A stretch of DNA of 63,996 nt, the filler included, from Dimargaris cristalligena (taxonomy: Eukaryota): the NCBI GenBank assembly GCA_003614675.1. It is 4 parts of 4 records of this genome, joined end to end, with 100 filler letters (N's around TTAATTAATTAA, not from the genome) between each part and the next. Parts side by side here need not be neighbours in the genome. Positions count along the whole stretch, not along the records: positions 1 to 16,467 come from ML002846.1; 3 more parts are not named here. One strand, given 5' to 3'. The notes below the pieces were generated by a model. That model worked only from the letters and a program-made list of their open reading frames with translations. It was not told the origin of the DNA and made no database searches. Shown here one piece after another: positions 1 to 11,927 of the stretch (the stretch's first letter is position 1; each line of letters opens with the position of its first letter). Both the position numbers and the translations under genes were made by a program.

Positions 1-89
1 CACCTCTTGGAACAGAAAGTCTATTATCACATTTCCCTTTTATTATCTATCTTTTCAAATAAATTTCAGTTTTCAAGGATTCGATTTCA

Positions 90-535
90 GTTCTTTACAT
101 CCTGTATAATACTAGATATGCTAATTACCTTTCCAAATCCCCTATTTTTTGTTCTCTGCCTCCTGATCCTTTAGCTAAGGATGTCAGGGCTGCTATCCAG
201 ACTGCTAGGGTAGCCCACTATACCTCACTGATCCCCAAACAAATCCTCCTCAAGGCCTGCAGACCCCCTCTGGGGATTGATCCTATATTGTATCTTCCCT
301 CCACCAGATTAGAGAAGAGAAGAATACTGAGGTGGAGGTTGAACTGGCTACCTGGTACTCCCTGCTACCCCATCCTGAGGGTATAAACCCCCTTGACTAT
401 ACCCTTTCCTCCCTGCCTAAGTCCTCCAAATACCCCCATGCCTACTGGCAATCCATACTGGCTATCCTACTCCATATTCAGAGGCTATGCTGGCCTAACC
501 TGGACTTCCCTGATGAAGACTCTGGCACCATCTAG
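90..535 (+). mobile_element. Non-LTR (LINE-like) retrotransposon ORF2 C-terminal remnant, frameshifted/internally deleted
   Basis: Hand translation gives ...SKSPIFCSLPP...LLKACRPPLGIDPILYLPSTRLEKRRILRWRLNWLPGTPC, then in a shifted frame PEGINPLDYTLSSLP...YWQSILAILLHIQRLCWP. This resembles the C-terminal 'CRP..GIDPILWLP....R.R..RWRLGWLPG..C...DPISFLLN.LP...W' block of Mucorales-type LINE ORF2 proteins (recognised from memory, not searched). The region has no CpG. Confidence 0.7.
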
Positions 536-948
536 ACCTCCTCCCTGGCTTCTAGGCCACCTGCCCCTTCCCCTGCTATTTAAGCTAGTTGCTTAGTTTA
601 GCTGCTATTATTTTTCTACCTTGGTGGTAACCTTGTCCTATGGCCCCCCTCCTTACTGACAAAAACAACAACCCCTGTCCAGCTAAGTGGGTTAGTTTTC
701 ATAAGGGCCTGGTTTCTTCCCATAGTCTGTTCTTTATTCTACCTCCTGTCTTTTCCCTCTCCATCTGTAACTTTTGAGGATTTTTGAGCCATCTATCCTT
801 TAATATGTTCCCTGTGGATGGTAAATTATGACTAAAAGGTCACTTGCCTTAGATTCACTCTAAATAAAATTCTACTTCATCTGAGGTGAAACCTAGCCTG
901 GATGGATATTCCTTGATAATGGTTATTTTAGCTTAGTTGAAATAATAT

Positions 949-984
949 GGGTAAAATTCAAACCAGCTGTATAAAATTTTACAT
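949..984 (+). mobile_element. Left-end fragment of the 136-bp MITE family
   Basis: ATAT|GGGTAAAATTCAAACCAGCTGTATAAAATTTTACAT matches the left TIR and following bases of the copies at 7545 and 16891. Confidence 0.6.
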
Positions 985-1596
985 AGCAGATGTTCTCATT
1001 CACTACACATACATGCACTATCAGCCTTCATTATCCAACTATCTATTCACCCGGTGATTCCATTTTGATACTGATGATTATTGATAACTTCGACCCTTAT
1101 GACTGATTTCTATTGATAAGACAAATTGCTTGAGAATATTTCAACTCCTTTTGGGAAGTCAACGCCTGATTTATTATTTGATTTCCGTAATAACGGCCAT
1201 GTGCTATGACGGGTTTGTGATGATATTCTGAATTGTATAATGAGATTTTGGATATTTAAATGATTACTTTACGAACTTGGTTCAGGGTGCCCTCTTCCTC
1301 CCAGGAAAGTGATATTATCTTGCTCATACTTTTCCATTTCTTTCACGACCTTAGGATTCCATTGCAATAATTATTATAAATAAATGTTTTATTCATTAAA
1401 CCGTTTATTTTCGACTAGTTTATTGATTGTTTGTTTAGCCCGATTGGTATTGTGCCACCCCCCTCTTCTATTCCTTCCAGGGCTAACGTTACTTTCTTAG
1501 TCAGCCAGGAGACGCCAGCACGCCCTACGCCTGTGGCCGCAGTGCCCACGCACATCCCCAAGCCTGGCAATAGATGGCCGGATCCTGACGGCAATA

Positions 1597-1678
1597 CGTA
1601 TGGGAGAATGGTTTTTTACTAGTAATATTGGCCCCATCTAATGGATTTTCCGTTACACAGCCTGGATGAGCTTCTCCT
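1597..1678 (+). mobile_element. 5'-truncated copy of the 136-bp MITE family
   Basis: ACTAGTAATATTGGCCCCATCTAATGGATTTTCCGTTACACAGCCTGGATGAGCTTCTCCT|ATAT aligns closely with the right half of the 7545-7680 copy. Confidence 0.8.
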
Positions 1679-2580
1679 ATATGGTAAACAGTACAATACC
1701 ATCCTATTTGGTTATATTATCAGGAAGAAATATCACAGTTACCGCAGCCAGAGTGTGGTTGGGTCTCACTACTGGGGCTGTGATGGTTTCCAAAATGGAC
1801 TGGCCAGAGGTGTCTCCTTTTGTATCACATTGCCGTAGTTCCCCCTATTTCGGAATGACTGGTCTCGGAAAAACCACACTATCCAATATTCACGAGAATG
1901 ACGCAGTGTGGTATATCACCTGATACTGAGCCGAGGATCTCCAAACCACAAGTTGCATTAAGCTAGTCCTGTAATAGCCATTTATTGTACAACACTGGCC
2001 TAAATCGAACGGTGGACTGAGTACCCCCACCCACTTGATATATAACTTCATATACTAGCTACCATGCACCCGTTTGACTTCTTTATTCGATCCATTACCT
2101 AGCCATTTATTTTGAGTGATTTGCGTACTAAGCCATGCGAAGAATCCAAATCATTCCTGGTCGCGGTTTTCTTGCGCATCGAACGCGTCACCAGTTAGTA
2201 CCATTGGCCACACCGGGTTTTCAACCTCCAAAGCCAACGTAAGTTTCGGAGTCCTCCATTTATCAATCAACGTGAGGCCATTTAATACCCAGAGCGCCAT
2301 CTAGAATACTCATGCAGATTTGGTGACAAATAATTCGATCTGCGGTGCTTTCAGATACATTCATTTGACTTTGGCATCATCAATCATCCGGGTTGCTTTG
2401 GTAGACGAGATACCTATATATAATCAGCCCCTCTCGCAACCTGCTCCACTTTCCAGTTGTAGTACAACCTAGTCCCCGATTCCTCACACCTCCTCTTGTT
2501 TCTTATCATTCACCTACAATTGTTCGCCCCCACATACCCATTTATCCAGGCTTTCCAGTCAGGTCGCTTATCTATCAGCC

Positions 2581-4147
2581 ATGCAATTACAGTCCACCGG
2601 TTTCAGTGGCCTTCCAATCACTCTGGACCGGTTTCACCGCGACTCGGCCCGGCGTACTGACGAACAGACGATGTCAACCCTGAGGGACCTTTTGAAACGA
2701 AACCACGCGAATCATATTGTGTATAGGGGTTTCCTGGCCAACCATATGGTCCATGTGCTCTATACGCAATGGCAATTGGGCGGTAAGTTACCCTCGTCTC
2801 TAGGTCACCATTCCCATTTACCGAATCTAATTGCTCAAACATAGGGCACTCCCTAGAGGACTCTAGTTTACTGATGTCCAAACTAATTGCTATGTGTATA
2901 CCCCTCCCACCTGTTTTTTTTTTTGGTCGGGTCAATCTATGCTGTTTGATTTGGTTATAGCTGATGCCAACATTCTCCAGCATAGTTTCGATGTGAATAG
3001 CGCGGAGCTTAACCCTCTTCCAGCGCCCAAAATAGTCATCACTCAAAGCACTTGGCAGAATCACTTAGGTGACAACGAGTAAGTTCATTATATGTGTGAA
3101 TGGATGGTTCCTGTAAAGTGGAGGCTGCCTCTCATATCCACTTGTCGCTTGCTAGATTCTAATTACCTCGATTACTAACGGTAGGGGTGACTGTGGTATC
3201 TAATTTGGTATGTATTGCCTTCTCGCCTGGTTTGGTCTACTAGTCTCTATTCAGAGTATCTGGCCTTCTTTGAACAGGAGCTTGTCACCGATTCCTTCGA
3301 TACTGTTTTTCACCGCTTTTTTCCGACGTTGATCCCCGGGCTGATGGGCGCCCTAACCCACCCCTGGATCCATATCGCCTTTGCGGTGGAGTTCAACGAT
3401 TCACTAGTTTTGGCTGAAGGACTTGCCTATGCATGCACCTACTATGCTCCTATTGACTTATCCCCCACGGAGGATGCTTCGACTACCCCGGCGGGCCAGT
3501 TCTCCGACCCGCTGGATATTCTTCGCGCCGTTCAGGATGACCCCAGTGTTAAAGTGGATGACAATGCTAGCCCATTCTCAAAGCGTCTGAACCAGTACCT
3601 TCAGCCCGACGTACTCCATCGGGTCAATAAATTGGTGAATGGATGGCCATTGGTCCCCCAGGAGGAGGATCCCCAGGCCACCCTAAGTCGCCTTACGATT
3701 GCCATAGTCGTCCTCTACGCCAGCCGTGCCAATGATTACGGCCCGGATTTCTTCCAGGCCCATGCCGTCACCTCCCTATTGGCAACCCATATCCTGCTCC
3801 CCTACCTGTCTCCCGCCGATCAGGTCCTTCTGTTACGCCTACAGCTCCATGTGGCGGTCATGACCTACGTCACGGAGGGAAAAGGTAGCTTAAGCGTGGA
3901 GAAGGTTAAGGAATACGCGAAAAGTACTCCCCGCTATGCCGCACTATGCCATACTGAGCTAGATGCCCAAATTAACGAAACTGTCCTCAAGAGCGATGAT
4001 GAACATTTGGGCAAAGTCGTGCGGGCCCTGGATTACTTTCGCCGAGTACACGGCGAACAGGATCAGCTGTTTTTGGGCGCCCGGTGCAAAACGGTGGATT
4101 CTATTGGATCAGTGGATGACTGGCAGTATCGCAAAGGCTCCTCCTAA
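2581..4147 (+). CDS. Questin oxidase-like / HypA-AflY family oxidoreductase (DUF4243), about 407 aa; join(2581..2782,2961..3078,3244..4147)
   Basis: GT-AG splicing gives an open frame. Family His motifs: GFLANHMVHVL..QWQLGA, WQNHLG, LTHPWIHIAFAVEF, LAEGLAYAC, DFFQAHAVTS, DDEHLGKVVRAL. The start could instead be ATG 2671. Confidence 0.85.
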
Positions 4148-4708
4148 AAACTCTAGAGACCCTGTTTGAAATCCCTTATTCTGTACGATGTCCTATGGCA
4201 CTTACTGTTACCACTATTTTCCTTTGGTGCGGTTTTCATACTGTGGAATTGCCGATTTATACCGTATTACACCGACGTACATGAACTGGCAATTGATATT
4301 GATATTGATACCGTACCCCATTATTTAGAAATATTAAGTGTTCCGCATTACAATTTACACTGACCAATGTATTGTACCGCGCCTCTCCCTCCGATCCATA
4401 GGGATCATCCACCCCCCTTGGGATGTACCCACCGGCCAGTGTATATTGGTAAGTGACAGGACAATCCGTTGACCGATGTGAAGATCTAATCCATCGAAAA
4501 TAATAAGGCAACTATTTTAGGGGTGGTAAATGGCTTGATGCATTTATTCTATAGTTTTTAAATAAAAAAAGTTCAGGGCATTAGAAATTTTAAAAAACAT
4601 AGTGTACTGTTGTTAGTATTCAAAATGGTTTAGGAGTCCTTATAATTAATTTACAATGTGATAATGAATTGAACACAGTGATAATAATTTACAACAGTAA
4701 AAAGTAGG

Positions 4709-6058
4709 TTACAATAGGTAGATTGACTGCTCGTCTGAACAAACGGACTGGGCATCAAAGGTTGTTGTTGGAGATACACCATCAGATCTGCTAATCATCG
4801 GCCCCTTATCACCTATACAGACCACTGTAACTTGGCTGAGGCGATAGCGGTCCAATACTGGGCTAAAATAGCCGGTGACGTTTGGCCCTGTATCCACCGT
4901 ACGTAAGGGAGAGGGTCGAGAAGCACTGACGGGCAAAAGAGGCGGCGGGAGCAACGAGGCCGACGGAACTCCCCCATTGCCGGCTGCAGCTGATAGTGGT
5001 GACTTTTTTTTGCCCAGCGGCGGGGATAGGTGCTGGAAACCCGCTCGACTTTTCTCGCTCTCATAGCTGAACGACCAGCCATCCGTGCGGTTTAAGAAAA
5101 ACTCGGGCAAGCTGAACAGTCCCTGTTGGTAAGCCAGAAGCATTGCAGGGTGGATGAGCAAGGTACCGAGGTTGAAAACTCCTTGGAGAGCGAACAGAAT
5201 GACTTGAATCTTGTTGAAGAATGATGAGTAAGTCAGGATACTCAAGTAGGCTAACAAGGTCATGAGGGTGTTGGGCATGTACACGATGAATAGAATAATA
5301 GGATAGGCTGCGATGAGGCGGGCGTTGTTGACTAGGGCACTGTTCTGCAAATGGGCGCGAGCCTTCGCCTCCTCCAAGTTCGTCGTAGTTGATCCGGCCG
5401 CCTGGGTATTTAGGGAGTCCACAGCGGTGTTGTCGAGGGCCGCGGACTTGGAAGGAGAGGGTTTCGCCTTTTTGCGATTGCGGAACAGGACCACGAATAT
5501 GGCCACCATGACTGCCGTCACGTAAACAATGGCTAAATCGAGCCACACCATATTCCATAAAATAGAAAATGCAGCCGCCGCCGAACCGTTACTGTCCACG
5601 GCAATTGAGGCGTTGGCCAGAAACCGCACTCTCGGTAGCACAAGGTACCATGCACTAATAAATGTGGCGAACCCGAGAGCGAGGTAGGGGTACATGGAGC
5701 GGATACGGGCTTGTCGCGGTAAATTATGGAATACCACTAGGTGGAGGTCGAGTGCAATCATGACATTGAGGTAGACGAACCACATGGTGGCAAAGGAACT
5801 GCCCCATAAGAGAAAGCGGGCAAAGGAGGCTTGCGTTGGGGGATGGTAGCCGAGCGTGAGTTGGTTCGTAAGGTAGTCGATGACCCTAAGCGGCAAATCG
5901 GCCAGGCTAATCCAGAGAGCCAGCGAAAAAGAAGGTGAAGCCCGCGAAGCGGGTCGCTTGTGGCGTACCCATAGAATAATGCCGATGGACACTAGACTAC
6001 AGATAATGGATAAAGTGACCAAGAGGATACAAACTGTATCAAACGGGACGTTGCCCAT
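4709..6058 (-). CDS. Seven-transmembrane GPCR-like protein (Git3 / cAMP-receptor-like family), 449 aa, single exon
   Basis: Seven hydrophobic helices. Motifs: ISLAD in TM2, MIALDLHLVV at the end of TM3, RLIAAYPIILFIVYMP in TM6, LQGVFN in TM7. Long third intracellular loop and Ser/Pro-rich C-tail. Confidence 0.75.
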   Translation of the reverse strand: MGNVPFDTVCILLVTLSIICSLVSIGIILWVRHKRPASRASPSFSLALWISLADLPLRVIDYLTNQLTLGYHPPTQASFARFLLWGSSFATMWFVYLNVMIALDLHLVVFHNLPRQARIRSMYPYLALGFATFISAWYLVLPRVRFLANASIAVDSNGSAAAAFSILWNMVWLDLAIVYVTAVMVAIFVVLFRNRKKAKPSPSKSAALDNTAVDSLNTQAAGSTTTNLEEAKARAHLQNSALVNNARLIAAYPIILFIVYMPNTLMTLLAYLSILTYSSFFNKIQVILFALQGVFNLGTLLIHPAMLLAYQQGLFSLPEFFLNRTDGWSFSYESEKSRAGFQHLSPPLGKKKSPLSAAAGNGGVPSASLLPPPLLPVSASRPSPLRTVDTGPNVTGYFSPVLDRYRLSQVTVVCIGDKGPMISRSDGVSPTTTFDAQSVCSDEQSIYLL

Positions 6059-7544
6059 GGTGCTGGTATGATATTATTTTTTGGGGGAGGATACAATATA
6101 TTAGTAAAAGGTGTGACGGGGAGTATGTGTGAATGGATGAAACTAGGGCGGGCAAAGAGGGCAACTTTTTATAGTTTGAGCTACGGGACGCTAAACCGGA
6201 GCAGTACTCGAGCGAAAGGATGGGGATACCGAAATTGATATTGAATGGCACACAGATATTGGGGTTGTAATCGACTCCTGGCGAATGGATGGGCGAACGA
6301 ATTACATCGTCAACCACAGGATCGCCAACCTCAACGGGAGCTCAGGGCAATCATCCCCCCTTCTTCCTAGATTTTCCTCACGGGATAGAGCCCTAAACTA
6401 ATACGGAAATGCCCTTGTAACGGGGGGAGGGGTCGAGTAGGACCGGGTATTCACCAATTTCGACGCTTCGTTCCGAGTGGGGGGAAAGGGGGCCCGGGGG
6501 GTCCAGGATAGAGACAAATTAGAAAAAGATTAAAATTATGATTTTATTGAAACACGATCTTTTTCCGCTTTCGGGTTAAATTCGTTACTTTTATACTTTC
6601 GGTTCGGTTATGTCCTCGGTGGCAATATTCATGGCTCGCGCTCCGTTTGATGTTGGCCCAAGCATGTTCTGGTCACGTGATGGGTGTACATCATGCGGTT
6701 GCACCCTACTTCTACATGGCAAAGATTCAACGGTGTGCGGCTTGAATGCTTTCGTAAAAAGCTCAACGGCCTGTACCGGATCTCTTAGCCACTTGGATTT
6801 CCCAAGCCCACGCACCCAACACCGTAAAATGGCTACCAAAAACCAGTGTGCACATTGGTCAATATTGGGCACCCCTATTTACAGAGGAGTATTCTATGAA
6901 GACACCTCAATTGAATTACACCGTGGCACATGTCACCCCTTCGCTAACCTTTGGTAAGAATAGAGATGAGTAGAATGCGACGATGCTATAGCAATTTGTG
7001 ATGTAATCCGAAGGGAAATGGCCCTTTAAAACAATGGTACTCTCTCGTCCAACATACTTTTCACTAAACTGTTGGATTGGGCCAGTCAGATGGAAAAATG
7101 CGAATATTAAAAAAGTGAAGGGAAGTATACATGGCTTAATAGTTTATTCGACTGTAAATATATAACTATTATAGAGTATGCCTCAAGAACGAAATAAGAC
7201 AAAACAACAGAAAGAAAATTGAATGGCGGCGTTATGCGTGATTTTCGAACAATAACACCAGGGAATCTTGGCCAAGCAAATCAATACTATGGGTATTATT
7301 CTATCACCTGTCTCATCAATGTTTTCTTCCGAATACAAAATACGGCTAAATAACCATTCTCCGACTCGGAATCGGGATTCTGATGGGCGGTCGGCCGTTC
7401 CTTGAGGTATCAGGCTGGATTTACTCAAATCCCGTCTCAATTGGACTACTAACTCTACCCAACCACTACACCACCAGGCCCCGTGGGATTATCCGATTGC
7501 AAACAGTGCAGTCACATGGTGATGGTTCTTAATCGGATGAATAT

Positions 7545-7680
7545 GGGTGAAATTCAGCCCAGCTATATAAGGGTTTACATTATATGTGTATGGGTGAATA
7601 TATGGGAAATATATTTTTAACTAGTAATATTGGCCGAATCTAATGGATTTTTCGTTATATAGCTCAGATGAACTTCTCCT
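7545..7680 (+). mobile_element. Full-length 136-bp MITE with ~26-30-bp imperfect TIRs and ATAT TSD
   Basis: Left GGGTGAAATTCAGCCCAGCTATATAA; right TTATATAGCTCAGATGAACTTCTCCT. Flanked by ATAT at 7541-7544 and 7681-7684. Confidence 0.85.
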
Positions 7681-8458
7681 ATATCTATATCTCGCATTTG
7701 GACAGGACCTATAACAAGTCCTTCGGTATACCACGCTGCGGCAGTGCCATAAACCCCAAAACTACTGTCCGTAGCTATATGGCGTATCGGGCTCTCACCT
7801 CCCTAAAGGCAAATTGGGCTTTGTAATGGTCCTTATTCGAAGTAAGGTAACTGAGGACTATAGAGTCCAAGTTCGTAGCTTACCCTTCGAGATACTTTAC
7901 TCCTTACCTTCAAGCGAGTGGCGTCCTGGGGTATTAAATTGCCGAAGGGGATGTCGGGCTGTTATAGATAAGAAAACACTTGGTCGAAAGCACTACTCAA
8001 GACAATTTCACACATTTGTTTTGAAAGGGAATATACTCAGTGAGAGTTAAGATCCAGCATACGTGACGTCCCACATTCAACCATTGGAAGGGCCATGTCA
8101 GCCTTTCTCAATGCTATTTTATGGGACATGTTGAGGGCAAGGTAGGTGTATAAGAATGCCGGATTCCGCCGCGGAATACCTTCCCGACGTCAATATAGCT
8201 GTTATTTCTACGATATCCATACTCTCCTGAGTCGCTGCTTACTATTATTTTTTTGTTTTTTACCTGAATTCCCCCTTGTTTATAGTAGCTGGATTGTTCG
8301 TAGTTTATACCATGAACTGTTAAAACCGCACATAACTTTTGGCATCTATATATTCCCACCTGAGCGCAATTTCTCTCCAACTCTGAATCTATATTTAGTT
8401 TTCCTGTATACTCCCAGTAGACCCGAATATTCGGGAGTCAATTTTATACGTGTAAGAC

Positions 8459-11445
8459 ATGAAGATGGTCTCCGCACAAGTCCCACTGACCATGGCGGTC
8501 ACGTTGAAACCCGCCGATATTCTGTGGAAGGGGACGGTCTTGATAGCCTGTTTGGCCCTACTGGCCCAGTTTCCGCCGCTGGATGGTTTCCACCTGCATT
8601 CGGCTGGATCGACATTGGCCTATCTCACAGTGATGGGCTTCCTAATTATACGCCGCTACCGATTGGGTCACCATTTGATTAAATGCCAACCTGTTAAGTG
8701 TACGTCCACGGCTGACAGATAAGTCATACTATATTACAAATAGCCCATATTAGATTAACTTGGTTGTCTTCCGAAAATCCGGTTGAAAGTGTATTCCAAT
8801 ATATGTGAATTTATTGTGTTAGTTGCTATTATGCTCCACTCCCTATCCCTTCATGTAGGGCCACGCTGGATAAGAAATGGGTCTTCAAACCGAAGGGCTG
8901 AGTGGGGAATACCGTGGCTACGTACTGCTCATACTTCTTTGTGGGTGGTATTCGGACTAATGTACATTGAGGTCGGGGTGACCCAGTTCGCCGTTTACGT
9001 TGACCCCGACATACCAACCAGCTGGCACCCATTGCTGATCGCGTCGATGTTCCAACAGGTCACAGTAGCTTCCGCAGTAGGAACATACTACTTTCTTTAT
9101 TCTGAGGCCGACATCCAGTCCATCGCCGAAATCAATCCGGGAGTATTTCCCCAGTGGCTTCAGCTTTGGGTCGTGGCATTGGTTATCCACACTTGGGAGC
9201 TTAGCCAAATTCTACTAACTAGCTGGCTCCCTGAGGATGGCCCCTCGGCCGTGGGGCTATTTGTGAGCCGTCTCACCCTAGGCATAGCGGTTACCAAACT
9301 GCTGCTGACTATTCTCAGCTTGGCTATTCCGTTCTGGATCATGTGGCACCATACTGTTGGTTTTTTTTCCTCGCTCGCGCCTCCCCAGATTGAGACTGCA
9401 CCAGCTGACGAAATGACTGAAAGTGATGATGAACCTTTTGAGTATACCTTCGGCAATGGCCCACCTCGCAATTACCCTATGTGGGTTGTCATTATCCGTA
9501 TGCTCCGCATTTTCTACGGCCTGCTGTTTCCACTGGATATCAACTTGGCTTACCCATTAGTAAAAAACTCGATGGCTCAATATATTTACCAATGGGTCCG
9601 AGCCTTCGAACCATGGTATTACAAGGAACTTCTCGACTCGTTGGTCAGTCCCGAATCAGCTTTTCCCGCTCTGATCAAATACGGTTTGGCCACACTAGTT
9701 AACGAGGCAGTAGCTAGTTCAGCGTTGGGAAAGTTCGATCAGCATTCTCCGACATTTAATCATGTCAGTTCGAGATGTAAAACATTTATCTACTCGGTCT
9801 TACAAACCAAGTCGATGCGGTTCCATACGGACAAATCCGGTGAAAGTCAGCAAGACATGTTCGATCACTCCGTTTATACGTTAACCGATAGCATATCCTG
9901 GTTTCTCGAGCTGGGGCCGGGTGTATTTGGTGTATTGGTTTCTGTATACCAATACCAATGGCTTTACGATTCATACTTTATGCCCCTTTCTTTGGCTATG
10001 GGGGTATGGCACCTAATCACCCAAATCATTATCCAGCCTGCCCGAAAAAAATCTTTTTGTTTCGACCTCAACAAACGAGGCTATCCAACAGGTGCTGAAA
10101 CCAGAGAGCCTGAATTAACCAGGCAATACGCTGCTGAAAAGTATCACATTGATCGGCATTGGCAATGGCTCATGAGAGGGGAATATTTATCTATGTTCAG
10201 CGATAATTCTAACATTAATCTCAGGGATGTGTCTTGTGTAGTCCAATCAGTACTGAAAGTTGTTGGAATTATAATGTGCCTTCGCCTTCTGTCTCGAGGC
10301 CAAATGCAGTCTATACATGTTTTTTATTTCACGACCTTTTTTGAAAGGACCTATCATCCCATTATTTACATGAACGAACTGTATGATAGGCTCAAGGATA
10401 CATTTGTATCATGGAAAAACCTGCTACGGCTCATCGATGTCGATGATGAAATCCGTGACCCCGACGACGCTCCCTGTGATTGGGATATTTCAGACGGCAC
10501 TATCGAGTTCAAGGATGTCCATTTCGGCTATAACGAGAAGCCAGTGCTTAAGGGCATAAGCTTCAAGGTGCAGGGCGGTACCACCACGGCGATTGTCGGC
10601 AAAAGCGGAGGCGGGAAAACCACCCTCACGAGGCTAATAGCTCGCCACTACGACGTTGACCAGGGCAGTATACTCATTGACGGCATCGACGTACGTCACG
10701 TGAAGCAGAAGGACCTCCGCAAATCCATCTCAATCGTACCTCAGGTAAGGCACTGAAACTTCAAACACTGGTTAAAAAACGGATATTGGGGCTTGGCAGT
10801 AACCCTCAGATCCTTAGAACTTGGCTACCGAAAAGAACAACTATATTTCCCCATCATTCTTAAGCCCCTAAATTACTTGTGACTTTTCTCGACTTGACCT
10901 GGTGTGACCAAATTAACTATTGAAAGGTGGCGTGGTTGCTCTGGACAACCATTGCGTGTAACATCCAATACGGCTCGGCTTCAACCCATATGAGTGCCAC
11001 TCCGGAGGAGGTTCAGGAAGCCGCCCGCAAGGCGCAAATCCATGATAAAATCACGTCCCTACCCGACGGCTATGACACGCAATATTTTTATTGTTTCGGG
11101 TTCAGCGGTGGAGAAAAACAACGCATCAATATCGCGCGCGGTTTGGTCAGCCCGTCCAAAATATTGCTTCTGGATGAAGCCACATCCTCCCTGGATATGA
11201 TCACCGAGCGGAAAGTCCAGGAGGCAATTAAGAGTGGCACTCAGGGCAGAACCTGCGTGGTCATCGCCCATCGCCTTTCCACCATCATCTACGCTGATCA
11301 AATTTTAGTGGTCCAGGACGGGGAGATTGCCGAGCGAGGTACCTTCGGTGAGCTGGTTGCCGTCCCCGATGGCATCTTTAAAGGGATGTGGGAGTCCCAG
11401 ATGAGCTATCCCTCGAAAATGAGCGAAGCGGAGAGCACATCCTAA
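8459..11445 (+). CDS. ABCB half transporter (HMT1/ABCB6/ATM1-like) with N-terminal membrane extension, about 904 aa; tentative join(8459..8699,8790..10744,10927..11445)
   Basis: NBD motifs: IEFKDVHFGY, Walker A GKSGGGKTT, Q-loop IVPQ, signature FSGGEKQR, Walker B ILLLDEATS, H-loop IAHRLST. TMD0 plus TMD lie upstream. Intron 10745-10926 is GT-AG and phase 0. The first intron is less certain. Confidence 0.8.
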
Positions 11446-11927
11446 GTTGCCTTTTATTTTTATAGGTCTCACCATTTGACCTCAAATGTAACTTTGTTCC
11501 GGTTTTCTTTATTGGACGAACATTTATTTATGGTCAGTATTTGCTTCAGGCAATTTGAAGTTGTATCTCCTGGGGTTGGGATTATTATATATTAAAATAT
11601 GATTGCACTTAGGCACATATTCTAAAGCTGGTTTTATTATCTGAAAAGCATGGCCCTCAAGAGGAAATACTACACGGTTGGTGATATATGCCTAATGACT
11701 ACACCGTCTGATTTTTTCTCGTGGGTCGAATACGATGGGTCGATTGACATGGAGCTAGAGCTGATTTTACCGGTAATTTTAAAGTAGTTTGTTCCGTATG
11801 AATAGATTAAGAATATATTGTGAGTTAGTTAGGGTGCTCGGGCGACGGGCTGTACGGTTAACCCAGGCTGGTCTAATAAGAACAACAATTTCAGTTAGTA
11901 TAAATGAGTATATAATACATGCTTTGC

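Noticed and set aside
7970-8135. Similarity to 30520-30630 (CCATTGGAAGG, TATGGGACATGT)
   Set aside because: Only short word matches, in inconsistent order. Homology cannot be supported by eye.
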